Positions 16,956 to 21,843 of a stretch of DNA of 21,843 bases are shown piece after piece. Location of the stretch: positions 62,001 to 83,843 of the forward strand of contig JALAGF010006649.1 of the NCBI GenBank assembly GCA_030167865.1, given 5' to 3'. How positions within the stretch are numbered: the stretch's first letter is position 1; the number at the start of each line of letters is the position of its first letter. The notes below the pieces were generated by a model that saw nothing but the letters and a program-made list of their open reading frames with translations, did not search any database and had not been told where the DNA came from. The DNA is from Craspedostauros australis. Taxonomy: Eukaryota. The translations under genes were made by a program, and so were the position numbers.

Positions 16956-17676
16956 GCCTCTGTATTGTTGAGCGTCGGATGTATGTAAGTGGGTGTGCAG
17001 ATGTGTTGCTGTTGTATGCTGTGGACGTCACAGTCGCAAACAGTCGTATCGTGTGATTTTATGGAACACACAGAATCCGGTTGGTCATTGTGTGATGTGC
17101 ATGCCCTGCCGATCCACTGTTGGTGTCACCACAAGCAACGAGAACATTCAGAATTTCTCCCCCAGTCTGTTCGAGAGAACGATCGGCGCATTCTGCTCCC
17201 ATCTCGCTTCGTCTCTTCCTCCGCTGTGCCACGCATACATGCCACATCTTGCACGAGTGTCAGTCCGGTGCATTTGTGCTCGTACCATCCCGTGGCGTAC
17301 TCATACCGTACCATGGCTCTGCAACGGAACATTGCGTTGCGTTGTGTCACGTTGTTTTGTGTTTGTGACATCGATTTGACTTGCGACGCCTCACTTTTTC
17401 TGTCGTGTGAATGGATCACGCTGGACGAAAATGGCGTGTTTCCAACGCATCGTATTTGACTCAATCGACCACATTCGGTTTTGGCGCCAAGAAATCGGAT
17501 GGTGATGACTTGGCTCTTCTCTGCCGTCCACCGAAACAGCGTCAGCTGATGTGCCGAAACACACATCAACGCTTCAGATGTTTGCGATCTCTCTCTCTTG
17601 TACGAGTACCAGACGGTAGACCAGAAAAAGATCCAACCCGACAGCAGTAGTCGTAAGGAAGGAAGAGAGAGAGAGA

Positions 17677-18750
17677 ATGACGATGATGAAGAGACCAGAA
17701 CGATCCATGATTCTGTGGGCCATGGCGTTGTGCGTGCTGGTTACGAGTAGATGTGATACAACAGCAGCGTTCACGGCAAGCAAACAATCGCATCGAAGCC
17801 AGAGATATCACCATGCCAACTCAGCCGGCCATGCCTTCGGCGAGAAGCACGTTCTGTCCGGATCGTCTCTTCATGTCCCATCTCACAATTCAGGTTCCGC
17901 AGAGAGTTCATCATCGTTCGAATTGACAGCCACAACCAACAAACAAGCTTCTATGGGCATCCAGTCAGCTGCTTTCTCTGCACTGTTGGCATCGGCTTTG
18001 ACGTCAGTCCTGGCATTTGCACCGTTGCCATCGCATGCTGCAGACGCTGCATCCGCCGTGCCAGCAGAACAGACCACCGCATCAACATCAGCAGCAATCG
18101 AAACTGCGGAAGCCCTTGGATTTAAAGTGCGTACCGGTCGCCCGGATCGCACATCCATCAAGTTGCCAACTGGCGAGGGGATTGATCGGAATGTCCTGCA
18201 GAGGCAGAAATCTTCCCTCGGCGGACTCGTCTTCCTTTCCAACGCGCAGGAGCGTCCACCTTCCACTGGCGTCCTGTTCATTACCGTGCAGCAATGGGAT
18301 GATGACGTCGATGGCAACAAGAACCGCATCCTGGCCGGCGCCAAGGTCCCCATGACGAAAGTCATCTTCCCGTTCCAATTCACGTTGGGTCCCCAGAATG
18401 TCAAGAGCGGAGTCGCACTGGCGGATTGGACAACCGCTTTGGCCGGTGATGATCTGCTGGTGCAGACTTTCTCCTGCCCACCTGCGGCGACAAGCGGTGA
18501 TAGAGCCGTCGCCACGAACATCTGCCCACCGAGTGAGCGCGAGTTTACTGGGAAGGGGATCTCAAAATGGTTGCCCGATGTTTCCTTCCTGCTGTCGTCT
18601 GGCGGAAAAGAAGACGGGGCAACGTCATCTTCCGAATCAGATGTGGAACCTGTGGGACTTCGAGCGGCCGTGGGCATGGGATTAAGCCGCCAGAACATCG
18701 AGACGAAGCAACCAGCTGCTGAAGCGGTTCGTTCGGCCGATGATTTTTAG
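17677..18750 (+). CDS. Predicted plastid thylakoid-lumen protein, 357 aa, with CcmI/CycH C-terminal-like (Ig-like) domain
   Basis: Signal peptide MILWAMALCVLVTSRCDTTAA|FTA (ASAFAP-like), S/H-rich transit peptide, and a second hydrophobic signal AAFSALLASALTSVLAFAPLPSHA|ADAA. The mature part contains GVLFITV...RILAGAKVPMTKVIFPFQFTLGPQNV...DDLLVQ. The exact start Met is uncertain (17677/17683/17686/17707). Confidence 0.75.
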   Translation: MTMMKRPERSMILWAMALCVLVTSRCDTTAAFTASKQSHRSQRYHHANSAGHAFGEKHVLSGSSLHVPSHNSGSAESSSSFELTATTNKQASMGIQSAAFSALLASALTSVLAFAPLPSHAADAASAVPAEQTTASTSAAIETAEALGFKVRTGRPDRTSIKLPTGEGIDRNVLQRQKSSLGGLVFLSNAQERPPSTGVLFITVQQWDDDVDGNKNRILAGAKVPMTKVIFPFQFTLGPQNVKSGVALADWTTALAGDDLLVQTFSCPPAATSGDRAVATNICPPSEREFTGKGISKWLPDVSFLLSSGGKEDGATSSSESDVEPVGLRAAVGMGLSRQNIETKQPAAEAVRSADDF

Positions 18751-18813
18751 AGAGAGTGCAACACATTCGTGGTGGACACCAATCGCAGGAACTCGCCTTT
18801 CAATGAATTGCGA

Positions 18814-18848
18814 AGTCGTTGAGTCGTTGAGTCGTTGAGTCGTTGAGT
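18814..18848. repeat. 8-bp tandem repeat AGTCGTTG x4
   Basis: Four perfect copies plus AGT, in the 3' flank of the 17677-18750 gene. Confidence 0.85.
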
Positions 18849-19145
18849 GATGGGAGTAAGTTTGTGTATCAACACGCATGGTCATGAAATCTCAAGGACA
18901 ACATCGAAGTACGTAATGGATCACAGTTGAAATCATATTATACAATCTACTTATGTCAACTTAGTGAAGCCTTTATGTATGTTTCATCCTGTGAAGATGA
19001 ATGGTTATTGATTGATCAACTAATATAAACCTATTCGGAGCTTACTCGTATGGTATGCCTGTTCGCAGAGATCGATCTACGTGCACATTATGGATGGGGA
19101 AGCTGGACAGAAATCACAATAGAAGCCGAGTGTACCACTCTCTTT

Positions 19146-20555
19146 CTACACGCTCCTCAGCTCCGGGTAATCGGCAACAACGTCCCTGAGTGTGAGCGTC
19201 TCGAATCGATCCTCGGGCGTCCACAGAATCTCGGCACTCTGCAGGCTATCGCCGACCTTGACATCTGCCGCGATGCGTCGCAAGGCGTCTTCGACGTCCG
19301 CCCTGGTGTTTCCCGTGACCTTGGTCGAGTCACCGTCGATGGCGAGGATGATGGTGATGACCGCCATGGTGGCCTTGTCGGAGGAGGTGGGGAGGTTCGA
19401 GCTGGACTGTCGCCTTCCTGTGTAGTCCACGCCGCCGTACTTGGAGACCTGCTCTTGCTCAAACTTGCTTCTCTCCGTGACGGACTTGGTTTGGAAGTCA
19501 CGGAGGGCCTTGTTGTTGTTGCGGTAGTGCTGGTAGGAGGTGGAGGCCGAGACGATGGACGACTTGCGTCGCAGCAGCTCGATGGCGACCTGGCTGGTCA
19601 AGGACTGGACGCCCATTCGGCTGTCGGTTTGAGCGGTGTCGCTGAGGCGCTTCAGGGCACTGAGGATGGAATTGGGATCATCCCTGTTGGGAACCTCCAT
19701 GCCGATGGAAACCTGGACCAAGGAAGTGCCGGGTCCCAACGGCGTCACGACGTCGTCGTTATCGCCCCAAGACGAGCCCCAGGTGGACGTCGCCACGTTG
19801 CTGGCCGAGTTGGTGAAGCTCCTTGCGGCGCTCGCGATGACGTACAGCACGCCCCCGAAGAAGAGAAAATCGAAAAAGCTCGGTCCACGGCTGACCGCCA
19901 TCACGCCGGCGCCACCATAGTACACAGGGGCGGGGGCATATCCGATTCCAGGAGTTGTGATGATTGGGCTGTAGGTCGGTGCTATGATCGTCCTGGGTCG
20001 CGTGTATCCGTATCCGCCTCTGGAGTAACCGCCGACGCGAGGTGAGGAGGATCGCATTGGACGAGACATGGAGGTTGATGATCGGGGCGATGAGAAGGAT
20101 CCACCCATGCGACCGCCTGACATGGCAGCGTCGGCTTGAAGAGGAGATGCAAGCAGCGCAAACATGAGCGCCATCGTTGCTCCCATCATCACGGTCATCT
20201 GCCTGTTTTCGTTGTTCTCCGACAAGGCTTGGATCATGGAGACGAGGGCAGGCTTTGGATTGTGTAGTGGCTTGTCCATCATCTCTGGTTCTGCATCCGC
20301 AGTCGCCATCAGGGCGGATGGTGCTGCTGAACTCTCAAGCTTTGGAAGCTGGCGTTGATGTCGTTGATGGCTGTGATCAGCGTGGTGGTTCCCACTCAGC
20401 CACGGACTCTGGACACCAAGCCTCATGGCTGGTCTCGAAGCCGTGGATGGCTTTGCGGCTCTCCATGCCGGTGTGAAAGCTGTTGCGTGTCGTGATGACA
20501 CAGCGAGGCAAGCGATGAACGCTGCGGCTGGTCCTGGTCTGGCAGAGAGTCTCAT
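19146..20555 (-). CDS. FLAP1: FLAP1-like / DUF1517 plastid membrane protein (fluctuating-light acclimation protein 1 homologue), 469 aa
   Basis: Hallmark A|AMSGGRMGGSFSS after an AxA-ending hydrophobic segment. G/Y/P-rich loop, TM FFDFLFFGGVLYVIA, then SLVQVSIG, ALKRLSDTAQTDS, ELLRR, FQTKSVTERSKFEQE, VITIILA, DVEDALRRIA and C-terminal AEILWTPEDRFETLTLRDVVADYPELRSV. The leader has a signal peptide plus ATA|FTP. Confidence 0.9.
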   Translation of the reverse strand: MRLSARPGPAAAFIACLAVSSRHATAFTPAWRAAKPSTASRPAMRLGVQSPWLSGNHHADHSHQRHQRQLPKLESSAAPSALMATADAEPEMMDKPLHNPKPALVSMIQALSENNENRQMTVMMGATMALMFALLASPLQADAAMSGGRMGGSFSSPRSSTSMSRPMRSSSPRVGGYSRGGYGYTRPRTIIAPTYSPIITTPGIGYAPAPVYYGGAGVMAVSRGPSFFDFLFFGGVLYVIASAARSFTNSASNVATSTWGSSWGDNDDVVTPLGPGTSLVQVSIGMEVPNRDDPNSILSALKRLSDTAQTDSRMGVQSLTSQVAIELLRRKSSIVSASTSYQHYRNNNKALRDFQTKSVTERSKFEQEQVSKYGGVDYTGRRQSSSNLPTSSDKATMAVITIILAIDGDSTKVTGNTRADVEDALRRIAADVKVGDSLQSAEILWTPEDRFETLTLRDVVADYPELRSV

Positions 20556-20578
20556 GTTTGTTTCTTCTGGTTGACGTG

Positions 20579-20619
20579 TGTTGGTAGTATTGTTGGCAGT
20601 ATTGTTGGTAGTATTGTTG
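20579..20619. repeat. 12-bp tandem repeat TGTTGG[T/C]AGTAT x3.4 in the FLAP1 5' leader
   Basis: tgttggtagtat tgttggcagtat tgttggtagtat tgttg, 24-64 bp upstream of the ATG. Confidence 0.8.
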
Positions 20620-20658
20620 TGTACTATGAGTACTATAATATCATATATGTTGGCAACC

Positions 20659-20681
20659 TTGTGAGTTTGTGAGTTTGTGAG
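20659..20681. repeat. 8-bp tandem repeat TTGTGAGT x~3
   Basis: ttgtgagt ttgtgagt ttgtgag, just upstream of an AT-rich, TATA-like patch (20631-20649) in front of FLAP1. Confidence 0.7.
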
Positions 20682-21829
20682 CTCTATGGATGTATCGGTG
20701 CAGATGCACTAGTGAGGACTCAGCACTGCCCTGGCCTTGTCTCTATTGTGATGTAATATGGTCTGGTCTGGTATGGTACAACCAGAGGATCGAATTCTCT
20801 TCAGAGTAACCGACAGGATGGGATGGGCTACGGCTTGCACCAGTATTGGTACGAGTAGCTCGTGTGCAAGTGATCGTCCAAATGTGCCGTCTATGCTTGT
20901 CGTCGGTGTCAATGGAAGAGACCGGTGATGATGTGGTCTCCGACGTGGTCTTTGGTGCTGCTGCCTGGTGTTGATGTGATTGCCTTCGCTGATAGTGACG
21001 ACGATGACGATGGTGATGGTGATGGCGGCAATTGGACAAGGTTGGTCTTGCTCCTTGCCTCCATTCCGCTCTTGGTGGTTCCGTGGCGTGGATCCTGTGT
21101 CGTCCACGATCGCGGTGCGTGAGCGTGGGCTCGGTTTTGCTGTGTTCGCTCTTTTTCCTGACATCGTTGTTCGTCGTCCATGATGGTATCTTGTTTGCAA
21201 CGTGTCCTTTCGGATTCGTTCGGCACACGATCCAGTCCCGTGTATGTTTGGGGTTCTCGGGAAAACTGTATCATATCCTCACTCATGAGTCAGCATGATT
21301 GGAAATTGATGACAACAAATTCGTGTGATGAGGGACGCACTAATCGAATTCAATCTCTTTTCATTCACGACTCAGTGGGATGTTACCTTTCGTCACAACC
21401 ACTCCAAAACAACGAACGAGGAATGGCAAGAGACACCAATGATGCCAGTCCTTGCACTCCACTCTGCCATGCTCTGCCATACTCTGCTCTTGCTCCTATG
21501 ATTCTTCACCAACACCATCTCCTTCAAGTTTGTTGCTTTCTGCTAATCTACGATCTACTTGGGCAATCCTACCCTGTCCTGCCTCTCCATCCGTGTCGTC
21601 TCTCCCTCTCTCTCCTCCGATGAAGTATCCATCTGATTGATGTCAAGTCCGCGGGCAAAGGGATGGATTCGAGTTCGCAAGATTCTTCCTTGATACCAGA
21701 ATAGCCTCTCTTGGTGTTCCTCTTCATCTCCTCCGTCTTGGTGCCGCCATTCGCAAACCCGATTGATCCTGCCTGGGCAAGTTTGGTCGTCATCGCTCGT
21801 TGGCGCTTGGGGGTTTCAACGACCCGCCT

Positions 21830-21843
21830 GGGGGGGGGGGGGG
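21830..21843. repeat. Poly-G homopolymer (at least 14 nt) running off the window end
   Basis: Directly visible; truncated by the window edge. Confidence 0.85.

Noticed and set aside
17883..18698. 271-aa minus-strand ORF
   Set aside because: Antisense to the gene with coherent tripartite targeting signals; no motifs.
19050..20045. 331-aa + strand ORF antisense to FLAP1
   Set aside because: Same antisense shadow effect; the minus strand carries the conserved DUF1517 motifs.
20709..21298. Several overlapping 125-163 aa ORFs around a (GAT/GGT)n tract
   Set aside because: Open frames on both strands arise from low-complexity trinucleotide sequence with no protein-like signal; the region may be UTR or lncRNA.

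Overview
Eukaryotic nuclear DNA, most likely a diatom or another ochrophyte. The evidence is three proteins with bipartite plastid leaders (signal peptide plus ASAFAP-like motif), one GT-AG intron and compact, intron-poor genes. From left to right the window holds: (1) an F-box/LRR protein (149-3025 +) whose LRR region is split by a low-complexity insert with seven [L/I/F]xxLFxxP-type motifs; (2) an unknown acidic membrane protein (3957-5228 +) ending in an Atg8-interacting-motif-like WQDL; (3) an intronless 2092-aa myosin (5766-12044 -) with an intact motor, a long converter insert, about 5 IQ motifs, ankyrin repeats, a probable pseudokinase and polyQ; (4) a ~1.9 kb intergenic region with an ACGT/palindrome cluster, followed by a possible small membrane ORF; (5) a two-exon plastid CbbY-like HAD phosphatase (14845-15886 -); (6) a small 2-TM protein (16482-16955 -); (7) a predicted thylakoid-lumen protein with a CcmI/CycH-C-terminal-like domain (17677-18750 +); (8) FLAP1/DUF1517 (19146-20555 -). 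I found no RNA genes, CRISPR arrays or mobile elements. All family assignments come from motif recognition by eye, not database searches.
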